Positions 13,801 through 28,242 of a DNA stretch of 64,000 nt are shown piece by piece. The notes beneath the pieces are model-generated. The model searched no databases and was not told the DNA's origin. It saw nothing but the letters and a program-made list of their open reading frames with translations. The stretch is taken from contig NC_047017.1 of the NCBI RefSeq assembly GCF_902652985.1, positions 37,448,001-37,512,000 on the forward strand. Direction: 5' to 3'. This stretch comes from Pecten maximus. Its lineage: Eukaryota. Numbering within the stretch: the stretch's first letter is position 1; each line of letters begins with the position of its first letter. Position numbers and translations under genes: made by a program.

Positions 13801-15886
13801 TGCCACAAGGTTTGTAGTGTTCTTTTAAAAAGTATATCTGCTGTATTCATATATTGCATGCAATCTATCTATCACCTATTAGCATCAACCAACATTTTTT
13901 TCTGAAGTATTTGAAAAAAACTACTATACTTGTAAATTGTTAATGTTTCAACTTGGTTTGAGTCACCTGTACTTCTCTACATTGTTTTATGTGTCTGTTT
14001 GAAGGTGACCTGTATTGATGTGACTGTCGGAAGGTGACCTGTATTGATGTGACTGTCAGAAGATGACCTGTATTCATGTGACTGTCAGAAGATGACCTGT
14101 ATTGATGTGACTGTCAGAAGGTGACCTGTATTCATGTGACTGCCAGAAGGTGACCTGTATTTATGTGACTGTCGGAAGGTGACCTGTATTCATGTGACTG
14201 TCAGAAGGTGACCTGTATTCATGTGACTGTCAGAAGGTGACCTGTATTCATGTGACTTGGAAGGTGACCTGTATTTATGTGACTGGTGGAAGGTGACCTG
14301 TATTGATGTGACTGGCGGAAGGTGACTTGTATTTGTGACTGTTGGACGGTGACCTGTATCTATTTCATGTTACTGTTGGACGGTGACCTGAATTTATGTG
14401 ACTGTTTAAAGGTCATTTTTATTGATGTGACTGTCAGAAGGCTACATGTATTTATGTCATGTGACTGTCAGAAGGTTACATGTATTTATGTCATGTGACT
14501 GTTTGAAGGTGACCTGTATTTATGTCATGTGACTGTTTGAAGGTTACATGTATTTATGTCATGTGACTGTTTGAAGGTTACATGTATTTATGTCATGTGA
14601 CTGTTTGAAGGTGACCTGTATTTATGTCATGTGACTGTAAGAAGGTGACCTGTATTTGTGTGGCTGTTTAAAAGTTATCTGTATTGATGTGACTATTGGA
14701 AAGTGACCTGTATTTGTGTGACTTGAAAGGTGACCTGGTTTTAAGCGACTTGGAAGGTGACTGTATTTATACCTTGTTTTACACGATCTTTTACAGTCGG
14801 GGCTACCACACCATGTACCTGACTACACATGATAAGCAGGATTTCTATAAACACCTGAACTACACCTTCTGTGAGGCAGTCATCAGCTTTGGTGCTGATC
14901 CTAAACTTATACCAGAACATTTAGTAAGGTTCAATGTTTTCTTCTGTTGTTTTATTGAGATCTACAAATGTATTTTGGGAAGGAAGAGTCACACTGTATA
15001 TAATCTTAATGACTTAGTACTATGCATTTCATATGATAATTTGTGACACTGTTTGGTCATTGGCGAGTCAAAATTCTAAATACATTTGTATGTATGCTAT
15101 ATTGGATGTGACAAACATATATTTTTATGTCTTAATTAATAAAATATAATCTGAATGGCAGCTAAATGTATTTTCTACGTAAATCATATAAACATCTTAG
15201 TTTGGTTTGTATTGATCATACTAATGTTAACCAAGGAATGCAATCCTGGTTTAAGATAAATTTAATTACATTTTATCAAAAGAACTGTATACATGTACAC
15301 ATATTTTTAATCATATACCCGGTAATTTATGTTGATGAAAGGATTGGAATATTGATATAAATTTTTCTAGATTTATTGCCAATAACTAAATCAATCTGAT
15401 AAAAATTCATATACAATTGTATTCAATATGATTATATCATTAAAGAGATGTATATTTTAATCAGATTGATACCTTGACGTGAGGATAATACAGAGGATTG
15501 AGACTACTTTGATAAGAACTGGAGGCCATAGTATGATTTTAATATTAGAATATCTCTTTGTAATTCAGATAAAACAGCTGACAGCTGCAACCTTGAGACC
15601 TCAGGAAAAGGAGCGGGAATCTTCAGACAAACAGAACAGTATAATTCTACCCCCACCTGCCAAATCAACCCAAGATGGACCCTCCCCAAAATCATCAACT
15701 GCTCCACCATGTCCACCTCTTACACACAGCACTGCCCCATTAGCTCCACCCAATCTTACTGTTCCACCACCTCCCCCACCACCACCACAACCCATTTCAC
15801 AGGACAAAACATCTAATCAGGGAAAACCAGAGATAGTGAAATGGGACCCTAGACACATATCATGGATGAGGAAGGATCTCAGTTGA
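10853..15886 (+). CDS. NAA80: Actin N-terminal acetyltransferase NAA80 (NAT6), 5 exons: 10853-10950, 13366-13508, 13734-13809, 14797-14923, 15569-15886; 253 aa
   Basis: GT-AG introns in phase. Motifs ECADILNEEWPRSKAARLHSL, GHSKLS, the acetyl-CoA motif LRGKGYGR, MYLTTHDKQDFYKHL, a polyproline tail and terminal WMRKDL are typical of NAA80. Confidence 0.93.
11241..11665 (+). mobile_element. Complete TRIM with tRNA-derived Pol III promoter inside both LTRs (Helenus/TRIMp3 type)
   Basis: Two 160-bp TGTAAC...GTTACA LTRs (11241-11400, 11506-11665), PBS tggagcccatgtaggg at 11402, PPT ggagggggagta at 11494-11505, 4-bp TSD TATT. Each LTR has an A-box, a ct-AGT-aa anticodon loop and a B-box (ggttcgatccc in the first LTR). 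Confidence 0.9.
11791..12204. mobile_element. Possible solo LTR
   Basis: TGTCA...TGACA inverted termini, internal TATATA and a short direct repeat; no clean TSD. Confidence 0.35.
13996..14770 (+). repeat. ~29-34-bp minisatellite in NAA80 intron 3
   Basis: More than 20 copies of gaaggtgacctgtatt(g/c/t)atgtgactgtca and variants. Confidence 0.9.
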
Positions 15887-16628
15887 TACAGCAAGGTGCC
15901 GATGGCATTTATAGAGCTGTACTGCTGCAGAGTATCGGATATGACCCTTCAAACCACTTTAGTCCTGTGTAAAACTTCAGTCTTATGTAAAGGGAGTTCC
16001 AACACTGAGGTATGAGTACACCTGTTGTGTTACAAGTATATTACTGCAGAATTGAACTAAGTTTAACTATATAAATAACATCAGATTCACTGCTGTCCCA
16101 TTCATGGCATCCCTTTCCTGAAGTCCACTGTCATTCTACATGTATTTATGGAATTAAGATCAGGTTTATAATCAGATTGGTGCAATAATTTAACACTTTA
16201 TACATCCAAGATTTAACTATCCAGTTTGATAATGCTGAAATACATGTACAGTGGATTATTTCCTGGAAAATGCTATTTTGTTAAGATTTCATAAGTGTTA
16301 CAAGAAACAATTTGTTCTTGAGATATATTTAACATACCAATCTCAAACTGATCTGATGTCAGAGATCTGTGCATGGTACTGTTCCGAATGACCAGTTCTT
16401 AAAACATGTTTCATCGTAAAGCTGAAAGTTCTTTTTGTACTCTAGATATACTCTTTTCTTAACCTAAGTGTGAACAAAGATAAATTGATAGCTTGATATA
16501 GAAGTCTCACTTGATTCAAGTCTTGCCTCTGATATTGTGTGAAGATCAGGATTACCTACATGTACAGTATATGGTTTACCAGATACTTAGCATTTATGGA
16601 TATAAATGTCTGGTAAAAAAGTGATTAA

Positions 16629-17516
16629 AGGGACATCACGGTAAAAACGTTGTTATTTTCATTGAATGTACGTGTTTTGATCCTTTCCAGTTATGTTTCT
16701 GTGCTATCCCAATATTCGCAGTCGATCCTTATGTTCAGCTTGACCACTCGATTTAGTTGAGAATCCCCCTCTAAATTTAGCGTGGAAATCATTTTTAAAT
16801 CATCACGTGACTGTTTTGAAATCGAGGCATTTTCATTTGTAAACACAAACACAAGATAGTTTACAAGTCGAAATATTCTATCTGGGTTAGTTTGATAACG
16901 ATATCATAGGGTGGTTTAAATGTTAAATAACACGTTCTGTATATATATTCCGGCACAAATATTTATGTGTATATAAGTGTAAACACTGTACATATAGCAT
17001 AGTGACAGTAGCGATGTACTGGTTCAGACTGTATAAATATTCCCGAGTTTGTGTAAATATTACCGAGTTTGTTATGGCCTACTATCCATCCTGCAATCAA
17101 GAAGAATACGAGCAGCGTCCGTATTACTGCTGTTTTCATGTTTGAACTGTTCCAATCTATTGTACTGTTTCCCCAGTGTAATTCTGGAATTTTCTTTGAC
17201 CCATTTGGCCATTATTCTCTTTATTGCACAAGCTGTTATCGTTTTCAACTGCAGTCGATTCACGTTGGAAGCCATTTTCGTTTTCATGTGTTTTAATTTG
17301 TGCGCATGTATTTTATCGTGCAAGTCACAAAATTTACATATCCAAAGTATCGATCAACGAATTGTGATAACCTTTTTATAATTAATAATTGATATTTTTA
17401 ATGTACATAATTGTCATCAAATTCGAATGGTTATTGTTCATAAGTTGTTTTTTTTAAAAGATATACCAAATAATATAAAAAATACAAAATAAAAATTGGT
17501 TTACCTTGATGTCCCT
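16629..17516. mobile_element. Non-autonomous Kolobok-type DNA transposon
   Basis: 17-bp TIRs agggacatcacggtaaa / tttaccttgatgtccct (one mismatch), flanked by TTAA at 16625-16628 and 17517-17520; purine-purine 5' terminus. Confidence 0.8.
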
Positions 17517-18513
17517 TTAAAAAGTTCACTGCATTGTATATAGTTTGCAATCATGGGAATTTTCAATATAAATCTGGGAAGATATCAACAAGCTGTATCA
17601 ACATTGAATTTGTGTGTCCGTGTCAAATTCTACCTGATTGATTGAAATACATACAAGTGTATAACATTTATCAAGGTTAATGTGAAATGTTCAATATTAA
17701 ATTGGAAGACAAAATATACATGTATTTGACATAGTTTTATTTCATAACAAAACAATAAAATTCTTGTGACAATTACAAATATTTTGCACTCTGTTTATGT
17801 TTATTTAAAAATATGTACGGAATGAAGCACACAAAGTGTTCCGATACAATGACAATAAGAAACAAGAACAAAAATTAAACAGTAGATCATTATACACCAA
17901 GCCAATAAATACATGTACATGTCTGTTTAGGGAAACACATCAAAAATAGACTAGTTAGATGTAGTTCATTGTTGTCAATGGGACAAATCTAGAATTGACC
18001 AGTACTTATCTAAAACTGCTTGTATAAACACTTCACAATCAGTACTATTGGTAATGGAGGTATAACCCTAGTCAACACACACATACTTTTGTTTGGCTGG
18101 CCTCATTTATGAATACTCATGATCAGTAAGGGTAATAACTTTTACAATTCAAGACAAACCTTGTCTGGAAAAGATAAACAGCACTAATTACACTGATGCA
18201 TAATTAACAAGGTTTTTGAAATAGGTAATGCCATATTATGCACCTAGGTAGTAAAAAATGTATATAAATTATTTTTTACTGTGGTATCAATTTTCTTGCT
18301 AGTTTACAACACAAACTATAGAACTTGTATTGGAAATCTTATGACCTCCTTTTTGTACAACAAGGACATATTTTAAAACAAAATTAAAGTTTTTTCTTTT
18401 AACTAAAACCACATATGCCTATGTATAAGCCACTAACAAACAATTTAACTCTATGTATATCAAAGCCAGTTTAAAATTCCTGAGAAATGAGATCCATGTT
18501 AACATACAGATAC

Positions 18514-21500
18514 TCATGGTATATGACTATCACTAATCTTTTGTTGAAGTTTGATCTCCTTCTCCAGTTCATACAAGTGGGGATCCTCCCTGCCTGGTGC
18601 TATAGACCTCATGGCCTGAGCGAGATTCAGTACATAGTCAATGTTTTTTCCACTTGGTCCAACAGACAAAATCACTTGTTTGGCAATCTCATCAATTGGT
18701 GCAGGTCCCAAGTAATCATCATTTTCCTCGGTGGCTAGGTACAATTCCAGATCAATAGGAGATTCTGGGGTATTTTCAGGGTGGAATTGAACCTTGGCTA
18801 GACTGTAGCCTCCCTTCTCTCTGTAGTTTAAGTGCTCTCTGACTTTAATCTCATCCTCCTCAGCAATCTCATATGCCATACCCCAGACTTTTTCCTTCAA
18901 TCAAAAAATTGTCAGCAATAAGTAAAATGTAAACAAAAGGCACAGAAATCTCATATGCTACATCTTGAAGTACATGTACATGTTCTTTTTCTTTAAAAAA
19001 GATGGAACATTTCAAATGATAACAACTAAAGTTTTCAACAAAGTTCCCTAAGACAAGACTTGGAAATATTATTTCCCATATCAACTGGTCCTCCTATAAT
19101 CTACTGATTATGGTGGCTGACAGTATCTGCTTATGAAATTTAACATCAGGTTTGTTTTAACCTTATGATTTTTATATTGCTTATATAATGGAGGTGTGAT
19201 GAAAATTTAACTCAGAGTCTCTAGTTATAATATATTTTTCAGTGCTGAAGAGACCAGCCCCTCCTTTTAAATAAATGTTTCGTTATGCTAGCACTTAATC
19301 ATACAAAATGCAGTGTAAGAACTCTTCGGAAACATTCTTTAAAGTGTCCTCTTTCGCCTATGTTCTCCCTAGGTGTTGACACTTGTATGATCACAGGGAC
19401 TTGGTACAAATTATATATAATGTATAGACCTTTAGTGGGTTGGTAATTCATGGCATTAGGTGACTACGGTGATGTAGTGACACAACATTTTTTGGTCTAG
19501 GGATGCTTCATAACATTTATGCATTGCTAACCTTTTTGCCATAAATTACTGTACTTTACAAAGTGTCATATTATTATCTGAAATGGTGCATTTGCCATTC
19601 AGAATTTAAAAAGTACATGCAGCGTAAACATGTATAAAAGATTTCACTTAAATTGACGTCGATCTTTATTGTATGGTCTGAAATTATGTAAGATTTGTAA
19701 ACACATATACAGTTTATACCATTTTTAAATGAACCTGAAATAAACAATATCCATCAATTCCTTTTTTACTTTATATACAATATACCTTGGACTCATTTGA
19801 AGCTTTCACCAGTGTCACCACTCTACCAGGCTGAAAGAGATTGAGTAATATTCTTTAAATTAAGTGTAACCGTGTTGCTTTTCATACAAAATTAAGCCGG
19901 TAGTAAGATAATGAGTTCTTTATTCTGGAGAATTTAAGCAGGTATTATACACAGCACATGTTGTACAGAACAGAAACAAGAACGAGAATGAATACAGAAA
20001 GGAAAGGAATAACTCTGAAATAAATATATAAAAATATACTAGACACTGAGTGGGATGAACAGTAGAACTTGCACACACACACAATACATAACTAAGGGAG
20101 ATAACTCGCTATTATAATTCATATACATAATTCCATTTTAGATAGAATTACAAAACTATCACAATAGATATAACCTTTCAGATATTTAAGATTTACAAAT
20201 TCATTGACTTCAATTAAATAATATCAATGATAACTTCATTCAAAGTCAATGTTTAAGTTATTATTTAAAGCTCTCATCAGACCACACCTGGAGTATGCGG
20301 CAAGTGTATGGAACCCATATATTGAGTAGCAGATATCCACCTGATCGAGAGCGTTCAAAGAAGGGTATCAAAACTTATTCCAGGACTCAAAAACCTTACA
20401 TATGAGGAATGCCTAGAGAGACTAAATCTTCCAACTTTACAACATTGGAGAACTAGAGGGGACATTATCAATGTTTTTAAAATAGTTAAAAAAAACTTTG
20501 ATTATAGAGTAACTGAGAACTTTTTCCAAATGGACAGTTCTAGCAGGACGAGAGGTCACTCTGAATTTTTTTTAAAGAAATGTTGTAATCTAGAATCAAG
20601 AAAGAATTTCTTCAGTAACAGAATAATAGATGTATGGAATAATTTGCCCTAACATATTATAGATGCAGATACTGTATACAACTTTGAAGTAATGCTAGAT
20701 AAACACTGGAAAGACATTCATTTTAAAGTTTAACATTTCATATATATTGAGGATACATATATTGTTGATATGGATATAGAGGCTTCCAGTCTGCATCCAT
20801 TGATTATCCTAATAAATCCTAATAAATTATAACATTACAGTTAAATTCATACAGCCTATCATGTATACATCATTAAGGGATTTAAGTTACATAAATGTTA
20901 CATAACATTAACCATTTATAAATAAAATATATTAATTAAATTCTGTGTGTGGCACAGAGCCATCCAACACAATAATTCCATGTTCTCTGCACAGTTTCAA
21001 TGCATCTAAAATTATATAGATAACTATTTACTACTTATTCTCTGATTACAAATAGATAAAGATATTTCAAGAATCAAAATAACCATTTTCAAAACTATCA
21101 ACTTTACACATTTTACCTCTAGCTCTATGACTGAAATTATAGAAATAAGAAAATAACTAATTTTACCAAATACTTCAGAATTATCACTAATCAGTATTAT
21201 CTAAATTAGCTATACTTAATAACAAGAGATCCCAGAGGGATCTTGGCGCCCACCATTGAATGATCTTCATAGGTTCCATGTCAGATTGATCTTTTCTCTA
21301 CTTTTCCCTTCATTTTACTAATCTGTGCAAATTGAGACATCCCTCCAGTACTTTTCAAACAAGGGAATCCTAGCTATATAAGAAATTTGAGATTTAACGA
21401 TAATGGCTGTTTGTTTGCCAGGTTGTTTTCAGGACAGACTGGTCCAAAAATGCAATACAAGGGACCAAGGGGAACCTACTTATTTGAAATTTGAGAAAGA

Positions 21501-23941
21501 TCCCTTTAGTACTTTCTCAGAAAAAGCGATAACAAACTTCAATTGTCAAAATCCAAGATGGCTGCCTGTCGGCCATTATTTTCAGATTGGTCTCAAAATG
21601 CAACATGCATAACTAGGCACCAAGGGAAACTTACATATGAAATTTCAGAAAGATCCATTCAGTACTTTCTCAGAAATAGTGATAACAAACTTCAATTGTC
21701 AAAATCCAAGATGGCTTCCTGTCGACCATGTTGTTTTCTGATTGGTCTCAAAACGCAATATGCATAACTAGGCACCAAGGGAAACCTACATATGAAATTT
21801 CAGAAAGATCCATTCAGTACATTCTGAGAAATAGCGATAACAAACTTCAATTGTCAAAATCCAAGATGGCTGCCTGTCGGCTATGTTGTTTTCCGATTGG
21901 TCTCAAAATGCAATATGCATAACTAGGCACCAAGGGGAACATACATATGAAATTTCAGAAAGATCCCTTCAGTACTTTTTGAGAAATAGCGATAACAAAC
22001 TTCAATTGTCAAAATCCAAGATGGCTGCCTGTCGGCCATGTTGTTTTCTGATTGGTCTCCAAATGCAATATGCATAACTAGGCACCAAGGGAAACATACA
22101 TATGAAATTTCAGAAAGATCTCTTCATTACTTTCTGAGAAATAGCGATAACAAACTTCAATTGTCAAAATCCAAGATGGCTGCCTCTCGGCCATGTTGTT
22201 TTCCGATTGGTCTCAAAATGCAATATGCATAACTAGACACCAAGGGGAACATACATATGAAATTTCAGAAAGATCCCTTCAGTACTTTTTGAGAAATAGC
22301 GATAACAATCTTCAATTGTCAAAATCCAAGATGGCTGCCTGTCGGCCATGTTGTTTTCCGATTGGTCTCAAAATGCAATATGCATAACTAGCTATCAAGG
22401 GGAACCTACATATGAAATTTCAGAAAGATCCCTTCAGTACTTTTTGAGAAATAGCGATAACAAACTTCAATTGTCAAAATCCAAGATGGCTGCCTGTCGG
22501 CCATGTTGTTTTCTGATTGGTCTCAAAATGCAATATGCATAACTAGGCACCAAGGGAAACATACATATGAAATTTCAGAAAGATCCCTTCATTACTTTCT
22601 GAGAAATAGCGATAACAAACTTCAATTGTCAAAATCCAAGATGGCTGCCTGTCGGCCATGTTGTTTTCCGATTGGTCTCAAAATGCAATATGCATAACTA
22701 GGCACCAAGGGAAACATACATATGAAATTTGAGAAAGATCCCTTCAGTACTTTCTGAGAAATAGCGATAACAAACTTCAATTGTCAAAATCCAAGATGGC
22801 TGCCCGTCGGCCATGTTGTTTTCCGATTGGTCTCAAAATGCAATATGCATAACTAGACACCAAGGGGAACCTACATATGAAATTTGAGAAAGATCCCTTC
22901 AGTACTTTCTAAGGATTAGCGATAACAAGAATTGTTTACGGACGGAGGGACGGAGGGACGGCCGGACGGACGGAGGGACGGAGGGACGGACGGACGGACG
23001 GACGGAGGGACGGACGGACGACGGACCACGGACGCAGGGCGATTTGAATAGCCCACCATCTGATGATGGTGGGCTAAAAATAGTGACCAATAAAACACAA
23101 GAAAAGGACATAGACTTTGGACTTGGATCACAGGGTGTAAACTGTAACACAAAATACAGCAAGACATAATACAAAGAACATATATGTAACGCCAATTAAC
23201 GACCCAATAAACGACAAACACATACACAATACAATCTGGGCACATTTAAACAGACATCTAAACACAAATATCACATTTAATATATACAACGATACAAACT
23301 AATAAAATTAGACCCTGTCACAAAAGTTCAGGATGACAAGCGACAGGCCTCCTCTATGTTGTGAGGTAGTCAACAACTACTACAAGGAGACCCTGCTTCA
23401 AAGTGACCTACTGTTAACAGGGCAATAAGCCCAACAAACAACAAACTTGAAGAGTAATGGCCTTTTAGAGTTTATTACCTTTGGATGTTGTGAATATGAT
23501 AACTTGAGTAAATATCAACAGATTTTGATAACATCTTGGACAAGTTTGACAAGGGAATGGTGACTCGATGTAGGTAACCGAATCACAATATTGGTAATTG
23601 ATGCTGTTCAAAGGGGGATTACTCCGTGATACATATACTATATACAACTGTAACAATACATGTAATGTTTAGTTATTGAGATGTTAACATCATTCATTAT
23701 AATAATCTACGTTGTTATCGCTAACTATGGCCTGCAGATGTACCCATGGACTAATTATAATACTGCATCTGCTAGTCACACAGTAGATGGGCCTAAAATA
23801 CGTCACCTTTCCTGGCACACCCCTGTGGTCCGTGCTTCCCTGCCAGAACCTGCGATGGTAACCTTCGATATAGCCCACCAGTTTCCGTTTAAACGGAAAG
23901 TCTACCTTCCATATGAGTGAACCGTATCCATACACCCACAT
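18514..23941 (-). CDS. CHAC2: Glutathione-specific gamma-glutamylcyclotransferase ChaC2, 3 exons: 23807-23941, 19786-19830, 18514-18894; 186 aa
   Basis: [16 protein letters not shown]...[16 protein letters not shown]|PGRVVTL...|...VWGMAY...LNYREKGGY...YLGPAP...GPSGKNIDY; phase-0 GT-AG introns. Confidence 0.95.
20250..20830 (+). mobile_element. 5'-truncated, frameshifted CR1/L2-clade LINE 3' end in CHAC2 intron 1
   Basis: Translates [20 protein letters not shown]...LIESVQRR...[13 protein letters not shown]...RGD...TRGH...[14 protein letters not shown]; short ctaataaat tandem tail. Confidence 0.85.
21221..23079 (+). mobile_element. Intact HINE-like non-autonomous Helentron carrying ~10 x 155-bp tandem repeats, in CHAC2 intron 1
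   Basis: 5' aacaagagatcccagagggatcttggcgcccacca; 155-bp period (repeat ORFs at 21728, 21883, 22038, 22193, 22348, 22503); (GGAC)n tract ~22937-23033; 3' hairpin tagcccaccatc-tgat-gatggtgggcta followed by an A-run. Confidence 0.85.
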
Positions 23942-25899
23942 CCCGGCAAGTAAACGGCAACAATATCGAGTCAATCTTGGGACATTCCACCTTTTCACCA
24001 CCGGATGTTGACATCGGTTTGTTGTCGCTTATACACTTGCAAATCTACTTTCATTTTACCGGTAAAATCTACTTACGTCTCGGAATTCAGAGATCTTTCA
24101 AACTTGAAAAATGATCACCCTTGTCTACATCTCACAAACGACATAAATGCAGTCATCCCACAGCACTCGGTTATTGCCATCCACGCATAGGTTTGTGCAC
24201 TAACACATTGGCATGAGAAGTGGACCAATCTATTCATTATTTAGATACTGTATTTAGATAGAGATTTTATACATACATACAGATAGTTTTATTTAAATAC
24301 AGATATCTCTATTTTGAATATACATGTAGATATATCTCTTTTAATCAAGGATATCTGTAATTTAGATACAGTAGAGACATATATCCCTATATACATGTAT
24401 ATGTCTCTGGAAACAGGCATGCATATTGTATTTTGTCAATGAATACAAATATCTCTAATTTAGATAAAGATATCTGAATTAAATGGGTACCCATCGTACA
24501 ATAAGTGTTTAGCACGCTAATTAATCAAATATTGGTATGACATTCTATGTAAACACTCATTTGTCAAATAGGGATTGAATGGATTTTCATTCCGGCTATG
24601 AATAGCAGTAACTACATTGTATATATCCAGTGGCGCGCGTTAGCGGGGAATGAAATTTAACACCATATATAAAACACACACACATTCTACTTCGAACGGA
24701 CCACGGACTTAGATATAGTGTTTTCGGACGACCTTAAATGGTAAAACCCACATTTTAAACATCACAAACATCTTTTTAATCAGCGCCCCTGTGCACCCAA
24801 CTCCAAAACACTCCACGAAATCGTCATTATTGACGGAAGGGAGTTATCATAAGAAGAAGAAGAAAGCTAGATCAGCCCTTTGCTTCCCAAAATAAACCCG
24901 AAACGCTGCCCATTGTTTTCCTTTATCACCAACGATTTCATTACAAGGGAAGAGGGATTTGTCACACAGATGCCCGAGGACCCGTGACTACTTACACTTT
25001 AGACTAGGCGTGCACAACAATTTAAAGAGTGGCTTTTATGTACAAGACTGTTGAGGGAATGTTACAGCCATATCTCTGAACGAACACCTTACAAAACAAC
25101 GACCAAAGTAAAGTTTTAAATATAGAAATAACGTTGGCTTTTACGTACATCACGTGTCACAAAAAAAAACACCAAAAAAACAAAACATAAACCCGAAACC
25201 TCTTGCAGAACCAACACACAATTGTCATGACTCTGAATACCGGACGCTTTCTTTGGGATACAAACAGTTACATATAGTCTGGAGGAATCATTTAGATAAA
25301 ATAGTGTGTGTGCTCGAAAATTGGTGGCTTCCAGAGGTGCAATAATGCATCAAAAGACTCTTATCCCCTGCGCACCACAAAAGAAACTACCAATATTTGT
25401 ATGAATTTGGCTCTTTGCACGAAGTGCGATGCAATTTAACTATTTGTTACCTTGGTTACAGGAAAAATTATATACATGTATATAGAAAACGCAAACCACT
25501 CCGTACCAAAAGGCACAACTAGACCGCTAGATCAATACGTGAACCAGGTTTTGTGAAGTTACCTTATTAAAAGTTTAAATGTTTTGGAATTAAGTTTCGG
25601 AAACAGTAACATATAGCTGTCAACACTTGTTTCCGTGGTTACAAGATGATAAGAGAAATGCAAACATCCCCATACCAAAAAGCACTGATAGACCACTAGA
25701 GCAAAACGGTAGTCGGACAGGCGGAACCCGCTAACACGTTTCGCGGGGATAAACATATGCACATAGGAAAACAAACATTGGAAAGGGAAGAATTATATAC
25801 GGTCTGAACAGTAGGACACTTCAGTCGACGTGGAAAGAAAGGGATATCAGAGTTTTTTGTGGATGAAGACCTTACAATGGAAGATCTACAAAAACAAGG

Positions 25900-26515
25900 C
25901 AAAACCCCAGACACTCGCCTCCCGATCGCTATTCTTCATAAATTGGTTTCTACATTGTCAAACATATAGACTTGACACACTATGAACAATTGACTATGGA
26001 ACAAGTTTATGTATTTGTTAACCGTTGATACTTTCTTACGGGTAGGTGAATCGGCTGCTGTTCAGGACAAACACAACCCTTTGAGCCTTGCTGACATTCA
26101 GTTTTTTTGACTTTTTTACCTCTGCCCTGTGAGTCGTGTAGAACTCCAATGAGATTAAAAATAACTTTAAATCTTATAAGGGTTATTATCTCACTGATCC
26201 GCCGGCATTCTCGTTGAGGAGTCGTTATGATAATACGAACTGCCAAGTGCTTGCACTGTAGCCCTTTGTACAGCTGCGCGGCTCATCCCCAGGTCCGAAA
26301 TTGATCATTTCGTCTGGTAAGACATTTTCATATGCTTATTTCGTAAAGATAATGAAGCATCCTTTGTAAGTTCCAGTTTATAGCTCTGATTCCTATAGGA
26401 TTCATAGTTTTAGGATAGGTGCAGCAAGCTCAGCTGCAATGATGGGGTCCACGAATGTGATATACAGGAAATGGGTAGGTGGTATCCAGGTGCATTTAAG
26501 CGTTACCCACATATT
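25900..26515 (+). pseudogene. Degenerate DIRS-type tyrosine recombinase (YR retrotransposon relic)
   Basis: Fragments DTRLPI, MYLLTVDTFLRVGE, HSFRIGAASSAAMMG and IQEMGRW..AFKRY, broken by frameshifts. Downstream gcatctctgctcc repeats to ~27120 resemble DIRS terminal/ICR sequences. Confidence 0.8.
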
Positions 26516-27399
26516 CTTCAATTTTATCATTTTGGTTTGGTGGATGTATGTCATCTGCATACCTAGTTTTTATTTGTTTGATCCTAATCTTCACAGTAGC
26601 CTTTGTGTATGATTAACTATTTGTTACAAGTTGTTCATGTTATTAAGTGCTCAATGGACTTGTATGAGCATACATAGGAATTTTCATTTACGAGGTTATT
26701 AGTTGCAACTGATAGGCATGGGAAGATGTAACTCTGCCTTTCTTTTGATGACCAGTCCGACAAGATATACTCGTACATCTGAGGTTGCTACCACTTCAGG
26801 ATGCGAACATTTCTCCTCGCTTTCACAGTCTCAGACATAGTGTAACACGCTTCTGTGGTTCTGCATTATGATGAATATGCGGTGGACATCATTGGAACAG
26901 AGCTGCTGACGCTGAGTGATGCACCTCTGCCACCAACTTCCATAACAAGTAATAATAGATAACATTTTTATGAAAACAAATAATGCAAATTGGATACATG
27001 GGATGAGGCATCTCTGTTCTCACTTGTCTGCATCCTTTCTATGTTTGCTTTTGACCTATTTTTGATCTTCATCGGAATATGACACTTTGCATGGGATGAC
27101 GCATCTCTGCTCCAAAAATATGAGAATTCGTGCATATAATGCACATGTACATATTGTTGTTTATTGCAGTGTTTTATAATATTTGTTGGCTACACTAATT
27201 TCGTCTGATTGTTCCCAGTCATACTGCGGCGGGTGGGGGATGAAGTCATTTTTCTCGTCGAACAAGGGGACAACAGAATAAATGTTGGCAGAATTAACAA
27301 GATACTTTTGTTTTTCATTCTACACGATTAAAAAAATTGAACAAACAATAAATAATGTCATGTAAATAGAGGTTACAAAATTAGTGGTTGCTGTATATG

Positions 27400-28080
27400 G
27401 AAAATCTTTCACGCGAGTAGTATTTTTCAAAGTACACAACGAGCTTCTCATTGAAGTGAATAAAATCTTGAGTAAATAAATAAGAAATAGAAAACCTCTT
27501 GCATTTTCTACTCAATGTCAATATTTGGCAATAAAAGTGGCATAGCCTTGGTAGAAAATGATCATAAAATTCCGTAACACGAACTCGTTCGAGCTATTGT
27601 GGTATAGAATATTTGAAGCAAGTTTCATATATATATATCTGTTGATAAATAGAGCTAAGAGAGTGCTAACAAAGAATTCTTAATGAATGAGCTTTACCTG
27701 AACAAAAAATATAAAATGTCGTTATGCCAATGGTTGAAACACGAACTAAAAACCGTAATCAATGTTAAACTTAATTGCTTGTAGTTGTATTTAGAGAATC
27801 TTCGAGAAAAAGAATAAAAAATAGAAAACTTCTTGCATTTTCTTCACATTGCCCATATTTGGCAATGAAAGGGGCATAACTCTGCTAAAAATAGTCGCGA
27901 AATTCTGTAATACGAACTCGCTTGAGCTTTTGTGCAATATAATATATTCTTAGCAAGTTTCATAAAAATCAGTTGATAAATATAGGCTAGAGAGCACTAA
28001 CAAGAAAAAGTTAACGGACGGACGTACGGACTGCGCAGGGTATACCATAATACGACCCGTCGATGGCGGGCGTATACAAA
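27400..28080 (+). mobile_element. Degenerate HINE-like element (copy at ~42340-43005)
   Basis: Two internal ~350-bp related units, a GGAC tract and a terminal hairpin atacgacccgtc-gatggcgggcgtat. Confidence 0.55.
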
Positions 28081-28242
28081 AGTAGTCCCGGTTATATCTC
28101 ACCGTGCCAGCCAATAGGAACTCGTTTACAGCTTATTACACATGTCGTATAAAGTGTTTATTTATACAACAGTTGCAATGATTAATTGGTGCATTGTGAG
28201 TTGAATAACACCCACCTTTTGTTGTAGAAACTTAGGTTTAGC

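Noticed and set aside
21403-22697. Series of 64-aa ORFs
   Set aside because: 155-bp satellite units inside a HINE in a CHAC2 intron.
24880-25100. Possible Penelope-like RT fragment (LPKIN...CP)
   Set aside because: Only a few residues resemble the motif; too degraded to support.
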